Below the pieces are notes generated by a model. It saw only the letters and a program-made list of their open reading frames with translations, searched no databases and was not told the DNA's origin. Made by a program: the position numbers and the translations under genes. Below are positions 38,587 to 49,750 of a stretch of DNA of 64,000 nt, piece by piece; position 1 is the first letter of the stretch; each line of letters begins with the position of its first letter. The stretch is from an uncultured delta proteobacterium (GTDB lineage Bacteria; Desulfobacterota; Syntrophia; Syntrophales; UBA2185): assembly GCA_963729715.1 (NCBI GenBank), contig CAVSPA010000004.1, forward strand, positions 416,001-480,000, read 5' to 3'.

Positions 38587-40737
38587 TCATGCCGTTTTAA
38601 CCCTCTCTACAGAGATCACGCTTTTTATTTTTTTGATCGCCGCGAGCACCTGGTTGAACTGCTGCAGGTCACTGACGTTCACTTCAAAACTCAATATTGC
38701 CTGCATATCCGCCGGCCTCGTTTCTACTTCTGCGTGGCTGATATTGATATCCATGGAAGATATTACCGTGCTTACTTCCGCAAGCAGGCCCTTCTTGTCC
38801 CTGCAGACTACCTTCATATGCACCGGGTATGTCTGTTTTTCCTTGATGTTCCACTGTACGTCAACGATCCTCTCCACGTCCATGCCCTCAACATTCGTGC
38901 AGTTGACCGTATGAACAGTGACTCCCCTTCCCCGTGAGATATAGCCTACAATTTCGTCTCCAGGAATGGGATTGCAGCATTTCGCAAATCTGACCATGAT
39001 ATCTTCGATATCCGTTATGGAAATGCCCACGGACGACGGGGCCTTTCTCTTCTTTTCCTCAGCTACGAGCGGTATCTCTGCAGTCCTCACTTCTTCTTCC
39101 GGAACAAATTGATTGACGATCCTCTTTGCCGAAACCTTTCCATAACCGACGATAGCCATCAGGTCATCGAGGGAACCGACGGAATATTCCGTGTACATCT
39201 TTTTGATTTCTTCGGACTTGAGCATCTGACTCAATTTAAGATTGTGCTTCTTGAATTCCTTTTCCAGCAGGTCCTTGCCGAGGGCGACGCTCTTTTTTCT
39301 TTCCTCCGTTTTTACCCAGTTTCTGATTTTCGATATGGCTCTCGACGTTACCGCATATTTCAGCCAATCCTTGCTGGGATGATGCCCTGCCTGTGTAATG
39401 ACTTCAACTGTATCGCCGTTTTGGAGTTCGTACTTGAGCGGCACTATGTTTCTGTTTACCTTGGCTCCGATGCACTGGTTCCCTACATCCGTGTGAACAC
39501 TGTATGCAAAATCAATGGGCGTCGCCCCCTTCGGAAAGGCCTTGACATCACCCTTCGGAGTGAACACGTATACCTCATCCGCAAAAAGAGCCATCTTCAG
39601 ATTCGACATGAATTCCCTGGGATTCTTGAGTTCCTGTTGAACCTCCAGCAAATCCCTCAATTTCTTGATCTGCTCATCTTCACCGCTTATATATGCTCGT
39701 CCTTCCTTATAGCGCCAGTGAGCGGCTATGCCTGCCTCCGCCCACTCGTGCATGGTCCTGTTCCTTATCTGTATCTCCACTCTTTCGCCGTAAGGACCGA
39801 TTACTGTTGTGTGCAACGCACGATAGCTGTTCGCCTTCGGCATCGCTATATAATCCTTAAAACGTCCGGGTACAGGCTTCCAGAGCGCATGGACGACGCT
39901 CAGAGCTTCGTAGCATTCGCTCTCCTTGTCTGCATCGAGGATGATTCTAAAGGCGATCAAATCGTATACCTCATTGAGGTCGATATGCTGCTCCTCCATC
40001 TTCGTGTAAATGCTGTACAGATGCTTTGCTCTCCCCTCAACTTCACCTTTCAGTCCAAATTTATCTATTTCCTTTTGGATAATGCCCTTCACCTCTTTCG
40101 TATACTGCTCTCTTTCCTGTTCCTTTTTCGCCAGGCGGTTCACCAGATCGTAATAAGCTTCGCCATTGAGATAGCGGAAGGCAAGATCTTCCAATTCAAC
40201 TTTCATCCAGTTGATGCCGAGACGGTTCGCCAAAGGGGCGTACAATTCGAGCGTTTCCTCAGCTATGAATTTCTGTCTGTCAGGCGGTTGAAACTCTAGC
40301 GTTCTCATATTATGAACTCTGTCGGCCAGTCTCACCAGGATGATCCGGATGTCTGAAGACATCGCCAGGATCATCTTCCGGAAGTTCTCCGCCTGATGTT
40401 CAACCCTGCTCCCAAAGGTGATTCTGCTTATCTTTGACAACCCCTCGACAAGAAACTCGATCTCTTTGCCAAAGGCCTCCTTTATTTGCGGAAGCGTGGC
40501 CACTGTGTCTTCCACAGTGTCATGCAGCAGGCCCGTAACGATAGTTGCTGCATCGAGCTTCATCTCCGCCAGTATGCCCGCCACTTCCACGGGGTGTGTT
40601 AGATAGGGCTCCCCGGACAGACGCACCTGTCCCTGATGGACGGAGGCAGAAAAGATGTACGCCTTTTCTATCAGTTCCTGCTCAGGAGCAGAAAGATAGG
40701 ACTGGGTTTTGTCCAGTATATCTGTAATGCGCAGCAC
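38587..40737 (-). CDS. relA: Bifunctional (p)ppGpp synthetase/hydrolase Rel
   Basis: LLHDTVEDT HD domain, RFKDY, EIQIR, TGS and ACT domains. Confidence 0.96.
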   Translation of the reverse strand: MLRITDILDKTQSYLSAPEQELIEKAYIFSASVHQGQVRLSGEPYLTHPVEVAGILAEMKLDAATIVTGLLHDTVEDTVATLPQIKEAFGKEIEFLVEGLSKISRITFGSRVEHQAENFRKMILAMSSDIRIILVRLADRVHNMRTLEFQPPDRQKFIAEETLELYAPLANRLGINWMKVELEDLAFRYLNGEAYYDLVNRLAKKEQEREQYTKEVKGIIQKEIDKFGLKGEVEGRAKHLYSIYTKMEEQHIDLNEVYDLIAFRIILDADKESECYEALSVVHALWKPVPGRFKDYIAMPKANSYRALHTTVIGPYGERVEIQIRNRTMHEWAEAGIAAHWRYKEGRAYISGEDEQIKKLRDLLEVQQELKNPREFMSNLKMALFADEVYVFTPKGDVKAFPKGATPIDFAYSVHTDVGNQCIGAKVNRNIVPLKYELQNGDTVEVITQAGHHPSKDWLKYAVTSRAISKIRNWVKTEERKKSVALGKDLLEKEFKKHNLKLSQMLKSEEIKKMYTEYSVGSLDDLMAIVGYGKVSAKRIVNQFVPEEEVRTAEIPLVAEEKKRKAPSSVGISITDIEDIMVRFAKCCNPIPGDEIVGYISRGRGVTVHTVNCTNVEGMDVERIVDVQWNIKEKQTYPVHMKVVCRDKKGLLAEVSTVISSMDINISHAEVETRPADMQAILSFEVNVSDLQQFNQVLAAIKKIKSVISVERVKTA

Positions 40738-40742
40738 GGATT

Positions 40743-42458
40743 TCAGCTACCCTCATTGACATAATTGATTACAAAATCCTCTGCCGCGTCCGAGGCAAGC
40801 ATTTTCACCTCACCTGTCCTTCTAATCTTGACCTCCAGGACGCCGGCGGTGAGAAGTTTCTGCCCGACAGTTACACGTAGTGGAATGCCGATCAGATCCG
40901 CATCTTTAAATTTCACACCCGCCCTCTCGTCCCTGTCATCAAGGATGACTTCTATACCCTTCTCCTGAAGTGCTTCATACAGCTGCACCGACATCTTCTT
41001 GATCTTATCGTCGCTCACATTAACGGGCGTAATTATCACCTGATAAGGGGCCAGCGGAACCGGCCATACGATACCGTTCTCATCATGGTTCTGTTCTATA
41101 GCAGCCGCGACGGTCCTTCCCACACCGATGCCGTAACAGCCCATTATCATGTACTGCTCCTTGCCGTTTTTATCAAGGTATCGGGCTTTCATCGCCTTGC
41201 TGTACTTTGTTCCGAGCTTGAAGACGTGACCTACTTCTATCCCGCGGGCAAACTTGAGAGCACGACCGCACCGTGCGCATGAATCCGTTTCCCTGGCTAT
41301 TCGCAAATCCGCAAATGCAGCGACAGACACATCTCTGCCCATGTTTACATTTTTTACATGATAATCTTCCCTATTCGCCCCCATGACAAAATTAGTCATA
41401 TTCGAGAGAGAATAATCCGCGATGACCTTCACTTTTATCCCGACGGCTCCGGCAAATCCCCGGGGGGCGCCCGTGACTTCCTGGATCACATCGTCCGTTG
41501 CCATCTCCAGGACATCGCAGTTCAAATAGTTTTTGACTTTAATTTCATTTACCTCTTCATCGCCGCTTACCAGCACGGCAACAGGACTGCCGTCTGCGCT
41601 GTATATCATGGTTTTTACTATATCCCGAGGGACCACATGGAGGAATGAAGACACTTCCTCAATGGTTCTCATATTAGGTGTATGAACCGATTCAAGGGGA
41701 AGCATATCTTTTTTATGTTCCAGGTGAATTTCCGGTGCTGCAATTTCCGCCTTTTCCAGATTCGCTGCATACTCGCAATTACTGCAGATGACGAGAGAAT
41801 CCTCGCCGGTTGCGGCCATCACCATAAATTCATGGGAAAAGCTTCCACCGATACTGCCCGTATCGGCCTCCACGGCCCGGAATTCGAGACCGCATCTCTT
41901 GAATATCTCCGTATAGGCATCGAACATTTTTTGATAACTTATCTCCGCCCCTTTCTCATCAGCATCGAAGCTGTAGGCATCCTTCATTCCGAACTCCCTG
42001 CATCGCATGACTCCGAACCTCGGCCGTATCTCATCGCGGAATTTCGTCTGAATCTGATAAAGGTTCCTGGGGAGATGTCTGTAAGTCTTGATTTCATTCC
42101 TGACAAGATCGGTGATAACTTCCTCATGCGTAGGACCGAGACAGCAATCTCTGTCATTTCTGTCCTTGAACCGCAGAAGTTCCTTGCCGTAGAAGCTCCA
42201 CCTTCCGGATTCCTCCCAGAGCTCCCGGGGCTGCACCGTCGGCATGAAAACCTCCTGCGCCCCCGCTCCGTCCATCTCCTCGCGTATTATTTGCTCCAGC
42301 TTGCGAATGACCCGGTAGCCCAAGGGAAGGTAAGTATAAATACCGCTTGTCAACTTTCGTATCATCCCCGCCCTTATCATAAGCTGATGGCTTATGATCT
42401 CCGCATCTGAAGGCACTTCCCTCACCGTAGGCAAGAACATCTCCGAATATCGCATCAT
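40743..42458 (-). CDS. proS: Proline--tRNA ligase
   Basis: GPTHEE, FRDEIRPRFG, editing insertion, GCYGIG, FKDADLIG. Confidence 0.97.
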   Translation of the reverse strand: MMRYSEMFLPTVREVPSDAEIISHQLMIRAGMIRKLTSGIYTYLPLGYRVIRKLEQIIREEMDGAGAQEVFMPTVQPRELWEESGRWSFYGKELLRFKDRNDRDCCLGPTHEEVITDLVRNEIKTYRHLPRNLYQIQTKFRDEIRPRFGVMRCREFGMKDAYSFDADEKGAEISYQKMFDAYTEIFKRCGLEFRAVEADTGSIGGSFSHEFMVMAATGEDSLVICSNCEYAANLEKAEIAAPEIHLEHKKDMLPLESVHTPNMRTIEEVSSFLHVVPRDIVKTMIYSADGSPVAVLVSGDEEVNEIKVKNYLNCDVLEMATDDVIQEVTGAPRGFAGAVGIKVKVIADYSLSNMTNFVMGANREDYHVKNVNMGRDVSVAAFADLRIARETDSCARCGRALKFARGIEVGHVFKLGTKYSKAMKARYLDKNGKEQYMIMGCYGIGVGRTVAAAIEQNHDENGIVWPVPLAPYQVIITPVNVSDDKIKKMSVQLYEALQEKGIEVILDDRDERAGVKFKDADLIGIPLRVTVGQKLLTAGVLEVKIRRTGEVKMLASDAAEDFVINYVNEGS

Positions 42459-43534
42459 ATCTCCTTTCTTTCAGCTGCCACGGAATCAATTTCAGCGAGA
42501 AGCGCTGTTACAAATTCCTTCTCCTTCACTTTTCTTATTGCTTTACCTTTCCTGAAAAGAAGCCCGTATCCCTTGCCTCCGGCAATACCCACGTCCGCTT
42601 CTGCCGCCTCTCCCGGTCCGTTTACGACGCATCCCATCAAAGCAACCTTTAAATGTGTCTTCATACCTGCCAGTCTCCGTTCAACTTCCCGAGTCAACCC
42701 GAAAAGATCTATTTCGCAGCGGCCGCAGGTAGGACACGATATGATATCCGGCCCCACGTTCCTGAGTCCCATGGCCCTGAGGATTGCATAAGCAACACCG
42801 ATTTCAGAGACAGGATCTCCCGTTACGGAGACCCTGATCGTGTCGCCTATACCTGCATAGAGGAGGATGCCCATGCCGATGGCCGACTTCACAGCGGCAT
42901 TGACTATGCTTCCTGCTTCCGTAACGCCCAGGTGAAGGGGATAATCCGTCTTGCCGGACAATTCCCGGTAAGCCTCGACCATTGTATTTACATCCGACGC
43001 CTTAACCGATAGTTTTATCGAATCACAACCCGCATCCTCCAGGACAGCAACGCTTCTCAAGGCGCTCTCGACCAGAGCGGACGAACTCGGACCTCCGTAC
43101 TTTTTCAGTAAATCTTTTTCGAGTGAACCCGCGTTGACGCCTATGCGGATCACGGTCCCGCGTGATTTTGCAGCTTCAACGATCTTCAGTATTTCTTCTT
43201 TGGCAATATTCCCCGGATTGATCCTTATTCCGTCGACTCCGTTCCCTATCGCCTCTATCGCAAGGCGGTAATTAAAATGAATATCGGCAATAACGGGAAT
43301 AGCGATCTGCCTCTTGATACCCGATAGCGCCGCTGCAGCAACTCTATCCGGAACGGCGACCCGAACGATTTCACAACCCGCTTCCTCGAGTTTTCTGATC
43401 TGCCGCACTGTGGCCCTGACGTTTCTCGTATCCGTAGACGTCATTGACTGAACTGCAATCGGGGCATTTCCGCCAATCTGGACTCTGCCGAGAAAAACGG
43501 GCATCGTTCTCTTTCTTTTTATTGAAGTTTCCAA
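42455..43534 (-). CDS. ispG: HMBPP synthase
   Basis: VQSMT, ADIHF, RINPGN, CPTCGR, MGCVVNGPGE. Confidence 0.97.
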   Translation of the reverse strand: METSIKRKRTMPVFLGRVQIGGNAPIAVQSMTSTDTRNVRATVRQIRKLEEAGCEIVRVAVPDRVAAAALSGIKRQIAIPVIADIHFNYRLAIEAIGNGVDGIRINPGNIAKEEILKIVEAAKSRGTVIRIGVNAGSLEKDLLKKYGGPSSSALVESALRSVAVLEDAGCDSIKLSVKASDVNTMVEAYRELSGKTDYPLHLGVTEAGSIVNAAVKSAIGMGILLYAGIGDTIRVSVTGDPVSEIGVAYAILRAMGLRNVGPDIISCPTCGRCEIDLFGLTREVERRLAGMKTHLKVALMGCVVNGPGEAAEADVGIAGGKGYGLLFRKGKAIRKVKEKEFVTALLAEIDSVAAERKEI

Positions 43535-43855
43535 AAAATTGCACCACCTGTTCGTCCACGCATATTAGGGCGGGGTAAATCATTAGTCAGAGGAGAAGTC
43601 TTTTCAACCTCGACAGCAATATAGCATGAAGATACTCTCGCAATCAATCGTTACTCCTTCTATTTTCGGCGCCTTAGTGAAAGTAATCTCCGTACATTGT
43701 AACCCTGTCTCTTTCAGAAGCGCATCTGAGGCGAATGAGGACTTCATTTCATGATAATATTATTGTTAACGAAAGGCAAGCACGCCTCGACTATAAGGCA
43801 TGCCTTATTGCGGGATTAACGTCGGCGGAAATGAATAGGGTGTGTGGCGACTTTC

Positions 43856-45052
43856 TTATGAAAGTCTTTTGACGGCACTGCTAATTCGTTTCAGTCCTTC
43901 CTCAATATTCTTCAAAGATGTAGCATACGAAAGACGGATATGATTGTCGTTGCCGAAATCAACGCCCGGAATCACGGCAACGTCGGCCGCATCCAGAAGG
44001 TATGCCGCAAAATCAGACGAATTCGATATGATCCCTCCACTATGCAAACTTCCAAACAGAGATGAAACATCAGGAAAGACATAGAAAGACCCGTGCGGGA
44101 GCATACAAGTGATGCCAGGGACGGCATTTAGCATCTCCACGATCACGTTTCTTCTCCTCCTGAATTCCTCAACCATCTTAGGAACGCTCTCCTGATTACC
44201 ATTCAGGGCCTCTACAGCCGCCCACTGCGAGATGGAAGTCGGATTTGACGTATTCTGGCTCTGAAGTTTTGTGACGGCTGCGATGATCTCTTCCGGGCCG
44301 GCGGCATAACCGATTCGCCAGCCAGTCATCGCATAGGTCTTGGAAACGCCATTGACGACAATTGTCTTCTTCCTTACCTCCTCATCAACGGATGCTATAT
44401 TCGCGAACGTGCTGCCATCGTAAAGAATCTTCTCGTAGATATCATCCGATATCACGAGTATCTCCTTGCCCACCAATATCTCCGCGAGGGCCTCCAGCTC
44501 CGCCGCGGTATAAACCGCGCCGGTCGGGTTCGACGGGCTGTTCATGATAATAGCCTTCGTACGCGCGGTGATCGCCCCTTGCAACTCCTCCGGCAGTATT
44601 TTAAACCCCTGCACCTCTGCCGTCTTAAGAACGACGGGCTTCGCACCTGAGAGTAAGACCATATCCAGATACGAAACCCAGTAAGGAGAGGGAATAATAA
44701 CTTCATCGCCTTCCTGAAAAATTACCTGAGTCAGATTATAGAGAGTGTGCTTCGCACCGCAGGAGACGACGACTTCTGATCTCTTGTAAGTCAATTGATT
44801 GTCCCGCAGCAACTTTCCGATGATCGCATCCTTTAATTCGACTATCCCGCAAACGGGCGTATATTTGGTAAACCCCTTTTCTATGGCCTTCACGGCTGCC
44901 ATCTTGATATTGTCCGGGGTATCAAAATCAGGTTCTCCCGCACCAAAGCCGATTATATCCCTGCCTTCAGCCTTGAGTGCATTGGCTTTGGCGGTAATTG
45001 CCAGCGTCGGTGACGGTTTTATTGTGGATATCCTTGCTGCCAGTTTCACCAT
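43856..45052 (-). CDS. Aspartate aminotransferase-like class I/II enzyme
   Basis: GEPDF, NSPSNPTG, SDDIY, SKTYAMTGWRIG. Confidence 0.93.
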   Translation of the reverse strand: MVKLAARISTIKPSPTLAITAKANALKAEGRDIIGFGAGEPDFDTPDNIKMAAVKAIEKGFTKYTPVCGIVELKDAIIGKLLRDNQLTYKRSEVVVSCGAKHTLYNLTQVIFQEGDEVIIPSPYWVSYLDMVLLSGAKPVVLKTAEVQGFKILPEELQGAITARTKAIIMNSPSNPTGAVYTAAELEALAEILVGKEILVISDDIYEKILYDGSTFANIASVDEEVRKKTIVVNGVSKTYAMTGWRIGYAAGPEEIIAAVTKLQSQNTSNPTSISQWAAVEALNGNQESVPKMVEEFRRRRNVIVEMLNAVPGITCMLPHGSFYVFPDVSSLFGSLHSGGIISNSSDFAAYLLDAADVAVIPGVDFGNDNHIRLSYATSLKNIEEGLKRISSAVKRLS

Positions 45053-45061
45053 TTGTCCAAC

Positions 45062-45547
45062 TTACCTTCCGAATTTCTCTCTTATCTTACGGCACACGAT
45101 ATCCGGCACCAGTCCTTCAACGGGGGCTCCCAGACTCGCCGCCTCTTTAATGATCTGCGAACTTGTAAAGAACCACTCATTACTGGTCATAAGGAAAACC
45201 GTCTCGACATCCCTGTTGAGTCTCCGATTTATGAGAGTCAGCTGAAATTCGTACTCAAAATCAGAGAGGGCCCGGAGTCCCCTCAAGATAATATTCGCAC
45301 CGATTTTCTTGACATAGTCAACGAGCAGTCCCTCGAAGCACGCAACCTTGACGCCTTTACAGTCCTTTGCCGCCTCTTTGATCAATTCCACCCTCTCCTC
45401 AACAGAGAAGAGATAAGATGCTTTGTTCGGGTTATAAGCTACGAGGACAATAATCTCCTCGAAAATCTTCAACCCCCTTTTTATGAGGTCAAGATGGCCG
45501 TTCGTGATGGGATCAAATGAACCAGGATAGACAGCGATTTTCCCCAT
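45062..45547 (-). CDS. coaD: Phosphopantetheine adenylyltransferase
   Basis: YPGSFDPITNGH, RGLRALSDFEYE. Confidence 0.97.
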   Translation of the reverse strand: MGKIAVYPGSFDPITNGHLDLIKRGLKIFEEIIVLVAYNPNKASYLFSVEERVELIKEAAKDCKGVKVACFEGLLVDYVKKIGANIILRGLRALSDFEYEFQLTLINRRLNRDVETVFLMTSNEWFFTSSQIIKEAASLGAPVEGLVPDIVCRKIREKFGR

Positions 45548-45557
45548 ATGTGTTCCC

Positions 45558-46118
45558 TTATTCCTTTTTCCTTATTTTTAAAAAAGACAGATGTGTATCA
45601 CCATATCTTCTCCGGTCTGTCAATATGAAATCACCGGTATGTTGCGCATCCACATTCTCTCTTAAGGAATGCTGGATTATGAGGACACCATCTTCACTGA
45701 GGATATTCCCGTCTCTGAGACTGCGGAATATCTCCCTGACGAAACCTCTCTCATATGGTGGATCGGCAAAGATAATATCAACACTTTCACCTCTGTTTTG
45801 AAGTTTCCGTATGGCTTTTGCAGCTTCCATTGCCAGGATTTCATACTCTCCACCTAAGGATAATTCGCGGAGATTCCTCTTAATGGCATTAACCATAGCG
45901 GCATTCTTTTCCACAAAAACCACCGTCGCAGCTCCGCGGCTTAATGCCTCGAGTCCCACACTGCCACAGCCTGCAAAAAGATCAACGAAAGACTCCCCGG
46001 AGGTTTCATGAAGAATATTGAAAAGCGATTCCTTGATACCGTCGGAGGTGGGCCTAATTTGACTCTGCTTTGGTGAATAGATGGTCCTACCCTTTGCATC
46101 ACCTCCGATTATTCTCAT
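45558..46118 (-). CDS. rsmD: 16S rRNA m2G966 methyltransferase
   Basis: MRIIGG, RPTSD, DLFAGCG, EALSRGA, DPPY; ATGA overlap with asd. Confidence 0.94.
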   Translation of the reverse strand: MRIIGGDAKGRTIYSPKQSQIRPTSDGIKESLFNILHETSGESFVDLFAGCGSVGLEALSRGAATVVFVEKNAAMVNAIKRNLRELSLGGEYEILAMEAAKAIRKLQNRGESVDIIFADPPYERGFVREIFRSLRDGNILSEDGVLIIQHSLRENVDAQHTGDFILTDRRRYGDTHLSFLKIRKKE

Positions 46119-47149
46119 AGGTAGTCTCTGACAAGAAGCTCTGCTACCTGAACGGCATTCAATGCGGCACCCTTCCTTAGATTGTCGGATACAATCCACA
46201 TATTGATGCCTTTCTTTATGGACTCGTCTTCTCTGATCCTGCCCACAAACGTATCATCCTTGCCTGCCGCGTCTATCGCCAGAGGATACTTATTCCTCTT
46301 GAGATCATCTACTACTTTCACGCCAGGGGCATGCGAAAGGATTCTCCTCACTTCTTTGGCGCTAATTTTTCTTTCTGTCTCGATATTGACAGACTCCGAA
46401 TGTCCGAAGAGTACGGGAACTCTCACTGTCGTAGCCGTCACGGCAATTGTCTGATCGCCAAGAATTTTCTTTGTTTCATTCACCATTTTCATTTCCTCTT
46501 TCGAATAGCCGTTAGCCAGAAATATGTCGATATGAGGAAGACAGTTAAATGCTATTCTATGAGGATAGACCTTAACCGCGGCTTTCCGGCCGACCAAGAG
46601 AGCCTTTGTCTGTGTGATCAACTCTTCTATGGCCTCCTTGCCTGTCCCGGAGACGGCCTGATATGTAGAAACCACAACCCTCTTAATTCTGGCAGCATCG
46701 TGAATCGGCTTGAGAACCAGAACCATCTGGATGGTCGAGCAATTTGGATTAGCAATTATTCCTCTTTTTTTATACATGCCAATTGCTTTTGGATTAACTT
46801 CCGGAACTATCAAGGGAATATCAGGCGCCATCCTGAATGCACTTGTATTGTCAATCACAACACATCCTGATGCTGAGGCGATGGGGGCAAAGCGCTCAGA
46901 AATGCCTCCGCCGGCTGAGAAAAGCCCGATATCAATTCCTGAGAACGATTTTTCATTCAACACATGAACTGGGATAGACTTCCCTCTGAATCTCAGCTTC
47001 TTCCCAACCGAACGTTCTGACGCCAGCAGCGTCAAATTACGAACGGGGAATTCACGTTCTTCCAGGATCCTGACCATCTCGTTGCCTACGACACCCGTAG
47101 CACCAACTACGGCGACATTATACGACTTCACAGATTTATTCTTCTTCAT
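46115..47149 (-). CDS. asd: Aspartate-semialdehyde dehydrogenase
   Basis: GATGVVG, NPNCSTIQ, RVPV..GHS, DNLRKGAA. Confidence 0.97.
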   Translation of the reverse strand: MKKNKSVKSYNVAVVGATGVVGNEMVRILEEREFPVRNLTLLASERSVGKKLRFRGKSIPVHVLNEKSFSGIDIGLFSAGGGISERFAPIASASGCVVIDNTSAFRMAPDIPLIVPEVNPKAIGMYKKRGIIANPNCSTIQMVLVLKPIHDAARIKRVVVSTYQAVSGTGKEAIEELITQTKALLVGRKAAVKVYPHRIAFNCLPHIDIFLANGYSKEEMKMVNETKKILGDQTIAVTATTVRVPVLFGHSESVNIETERKISAKEVRRILSHAPGVKVVDDLKRNKYPLAIDAAGKDDTFVGRIREDESIKKGINMWIVSDNLRKGAALNAVQVAELLVRDYL

Positions 47150-47246
47150 AATTTGTCTCAAACACCTGCACGTAAAAAAGACACCTGCTTTAATGATTCG
47201 TTCCAAATAGAGGCAGCGCGTCTCATGGTTTTCATTCCCTCTATCC

Positions 47247-48047
47247 CTACCGTTTCAGTGCACGTTTCGTGTGCATCCGCACCCCTCTGGCCTTCCATTC
47301 CGTATATGCCTTCTTACAGACTTTGACAAGAGCCCACGTCGGACCGGATAGACTGTAACCGAAGGCAAAGGTAAACAGCATGATCTGCGGCTCTGCGATG
47401 ACTATAATCAAAATAAATACAATCAAAACAAAAGACATGAAAGGCTTTCTGGAAAAGAAATTGAGGTCCTTGAAGCTGTAATACTTTATACTGCTCACCA
47501 TCAGCAGTGATAGAATGACGACGCCTATCAAAATAGTCAGATCGTTGAATCTCCCCTCCCCCCCCAGATAGTAATAAAGCAACACCCCAGTTGCAACAAC
47601 TGCCGCAGCTCCCGGTATCGGTAATCCGTTGAAAACCTTGCTTTCAACCAAGCCTATCTGAATGTTGAACCTTGCCAGCCGCAATGCGCCGCAAACAACG
47701 AAGAGGAATGATGCAAGCCATCCCCATTTACCGTATATCGAAAGCGCCCAGGAGTATGCGAGAATGGATGGAGCAACACCGAAGGCTACCAAGTCCGACA
47801 GAGAGTCGTATTCCGAACCGAATTTGCTTGTCGTGTTCGTCATCCTCGCTATTCTGCCGTCCAGGCCGTCCAAGACAAACGCCATTAAGATGGGCGCTGC
47901 AGCAATCCAAAAATCGCCTTTCATGGACGCGACAACGGAATAGAATCCGCAAAAAAGGCTTCCCGTCGTAAAAAGGTTGGGTAGTAGATATATGCCTCTT
48001 CTTACACGCTCTCTCTTAAATGTGGCATTCTTTTTCATTTTAGCCAT
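47247..48047 (-). CDS. pssA: CDP-diacylglycerol--serine O-phosphatidyltransferase
   Basis: LPNLFT, DGLDGRIAR, DSLSDLVAFGVAP, RLARFN. Confidence 0.95.
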   Translation of the reverse strand: MAKMKKNATFKRERVRRGIYLLPNLFTTGSLFCGFYSVVASMKGDFWIAAAPILMAFVLDGLDGRIARMTNTTSKFGSEYDSLSDLVAFGVAPSILAYSWALSIYGKWGWLASFLFVVCGALRLARFNIQIGLVESKVFNGLPIPGAAAVVATGVLLYYYLGGEGRFNDLTILIGVVILSLLMVSSIKYYSFKDLNFFSRKPFMSFVLIVFILIIVIAEPQIMLFTFAFGYSLSGPTWALVKVCKKAYTEWKARGVRMHTKRALKR

Positions 48048-48676
48048 CCCATAAGTGTCTCTCCCGCCCTCACTCTGTCACCCACTGTCACGGATATCAT
48101 CGCATCGGGAGGCAGAAAGACTTCCAGACGCGAGCCGAATCGGATGAGGCCGAATCTCTCACCCTTGCACACTTGCATTCCTTCCTTGATCCAACACTCT
48201 ATCCTCCTCGCTATCAATCCCGCTATCTGCACCGTTAAAATCTTATTGCCGTCATCGGTTCTAATAAGAATCGAATTTCTTTCGTTCAGATCCGATGCCT
48301 TGTCGAGATTAGCAGAAAAAAATTCTCCTTTACTATATTTTGTTGCGCTCACTGTGCCCGAATAGGGTATGCGGTTAACATGAACGTCAAACACGTTCAT
48401 AAATACGCTTATCTTCTGTGCCCGACCTTTGAGAAAATCGCTCTCCACGATGTTTTCTATTTTTATAACCTTGCCATCCGCCGGAGATACCACAGCTTTC
48501 TCGCCGTCAGGAAGCGCACGCTCCGGATTCCTGAAAAACCAGGCAACAAAGCAAGTGGTGATGAAGAATATCGACGCCACCCAGATTATACCGAAAATGG
48601 AAAAAATTAAAGTGCAAATACCAAGTGGTATGATGAAGGGAAGACCCTCACGGACTATGATACTCTTATGATTCAT
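48035..48676 (-). CDS. psd: Phosphatidylserine decarboxylase
   Basis: FFRNPER, SPADG, VHVNR, IRFGSR cleavage motif. Confidence 0.95.
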   Translation of the reverse strand: MNHKSIIVREGLPFIIPLGICTLIFSIFGIIWVASIFFITTCFVAWFFRNPERALPDGEKAVVSPADGKVIKIENIVESDFLKGRAQKISVFMNVFDVHVNRIPYSGTVSATKYSKGEFFSANLDKASDLNERNSILIRTDDGNKILTVQIAGLIARRIECWIKEGMQVCKGERFGLIRFGSRLEVFLPPDAMISVTVGDRVRAGETLMGWLK

Positions 48677-48694
48677 TGATTATATCGCACAACA

Positions 48695-48958
48695 TTAATA
48701 ATCCCGTGAGGGGCCGTAATCTGATGCTTCCTGTGCCTGACAACGGTATTTAGCAAGGATTCTGTAGATCTGCTCCTTTCCGCGAAGCTTCTTCTTCTGC
48801 AGGTTCTTCTTCTCAATCTCTTCTTCTGCCGTCAGATAGATACGCTTGTTAAAATTCTCGAGATCCGCTTCGAGTTTTTTGTGATCCTCAACATAGCTCT
48901 TCAGATCCTCATCCTGATTAATATATTTCTTGATCAAGAGCTCATCGGCCTTTTCCAT
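48695..48958 (-). CDS. Small coiled-coil protein (DUF465/YdcH-like)
   Basis: YLTAEEEIEKKNLQKKKLRGKEQI; GGAGG RBS. Confidence 0.75.
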   Translation of the reverse strand: MEKADELLIKKYINQDEDLKSYVEDHKKLEADLENFNKRIYLTAEEEIEKKNLQKKKLRGKEQIYRILAKYRCQAQEASDYGPSRDY

Positions 48959-49058
48959 GCACGTTACCTCCTGCGCAGTATTCTTATATTAATCAACAAT
49001 TCTTGTCAATATTTGATATTCCGCGATGAGGGCAAATCTTCGCCCGTCCCGCAGATAT

Positions 49059-49748
49059 TTATCGTGAGAAACGCTTCATTTCCGCTTCCGACGCGCGAAG
49101 ATACGCGGGCGCAAAAGTGACAGAATCCAGAATGTCTCCTTCAAGATATTTTCTCCTGCCTAGTGCACCGACGACCGCCGCTCTCACATGCTGATGGCAG
49201 CCGGACGCAAAATAGGATTTCCCCGGCAGCATCTCGCGGATAACACCTGCGTATTTTAGAGCGCCATCACCTACGAATATAACCTCTTCGTCAATGCACC
49301 GCAAGAATCCACGTACGTCAGTCACTCTCTCCGTTTCTATTATATCCAATGCATAATCCCATCCGGTCTTGTAGAGGGCCGTATATACCTGGTCTTTCCT
49401 TGCGTCGAGCATAGGACAGACTACGATTTCCGGGCCTATGATATTGCATACTAGGGCCTCCAGTGTCGATACACCTGCAATCGGCCTGCCTTCTGCCAAG
49501 GCGAGTCCTTTTACGGTACTCGCGCCCACGCGCAGCCCCGTAAATGAACCGGGTCCCATAGTGCACGCAAAGAGATCTATCTCTCCCGGTTCTATGCGCG
49601 AAAGTTTCAGTAAATCGTCTAAAGCAGGCAGCAAGACTACGGAGTGATTCACATCTAGGTTGATGAGGATTTCGGACAGTATATCGCCGTCCCGGAGAAG
49701 TGCGATACTGGCGCTCTTCGCAGAGGTATCAATTGCTAAAATTAACAT
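49059..49748 (-). CDS. tsaB: tRNA t6A biosynthesis protein
   Basis: LAIDTS, GPGSFTGLRVG, DARK. Confidence 0.95.
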   Translation of the reverse strand: MLILAIDTSAKSASIALLRDGDILSEILINLDVNHSVVLLPALDDLLKLSRIEPGEIDLFACTMGPGSFTGLRVGASTVKGLALAEGRPIAGVSTLEALVCNIIGPEIVVCPMLDARKDQVYTALYKTGWDYALDIIETERVTDVRGFLRCIDEEVIFVGDGALKYAGVIREMLPGKSYFASGCHQHVRAAVVGALGRRKYLEGDILDSVTFAPAYLRASEAEMKRFSR

Positions 49749-49750
49749 AT

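Noticed and set aside
39109..40299. 396-aa ORF on the plus strand
   Set aside because: Antisense shadow of rel with no recognisable motifs.
45558..46199. Long N-terminal extension of rsmD in the ORF track
   Set aside because: It overlaps asd; the family start MRIIGG is at 46118.
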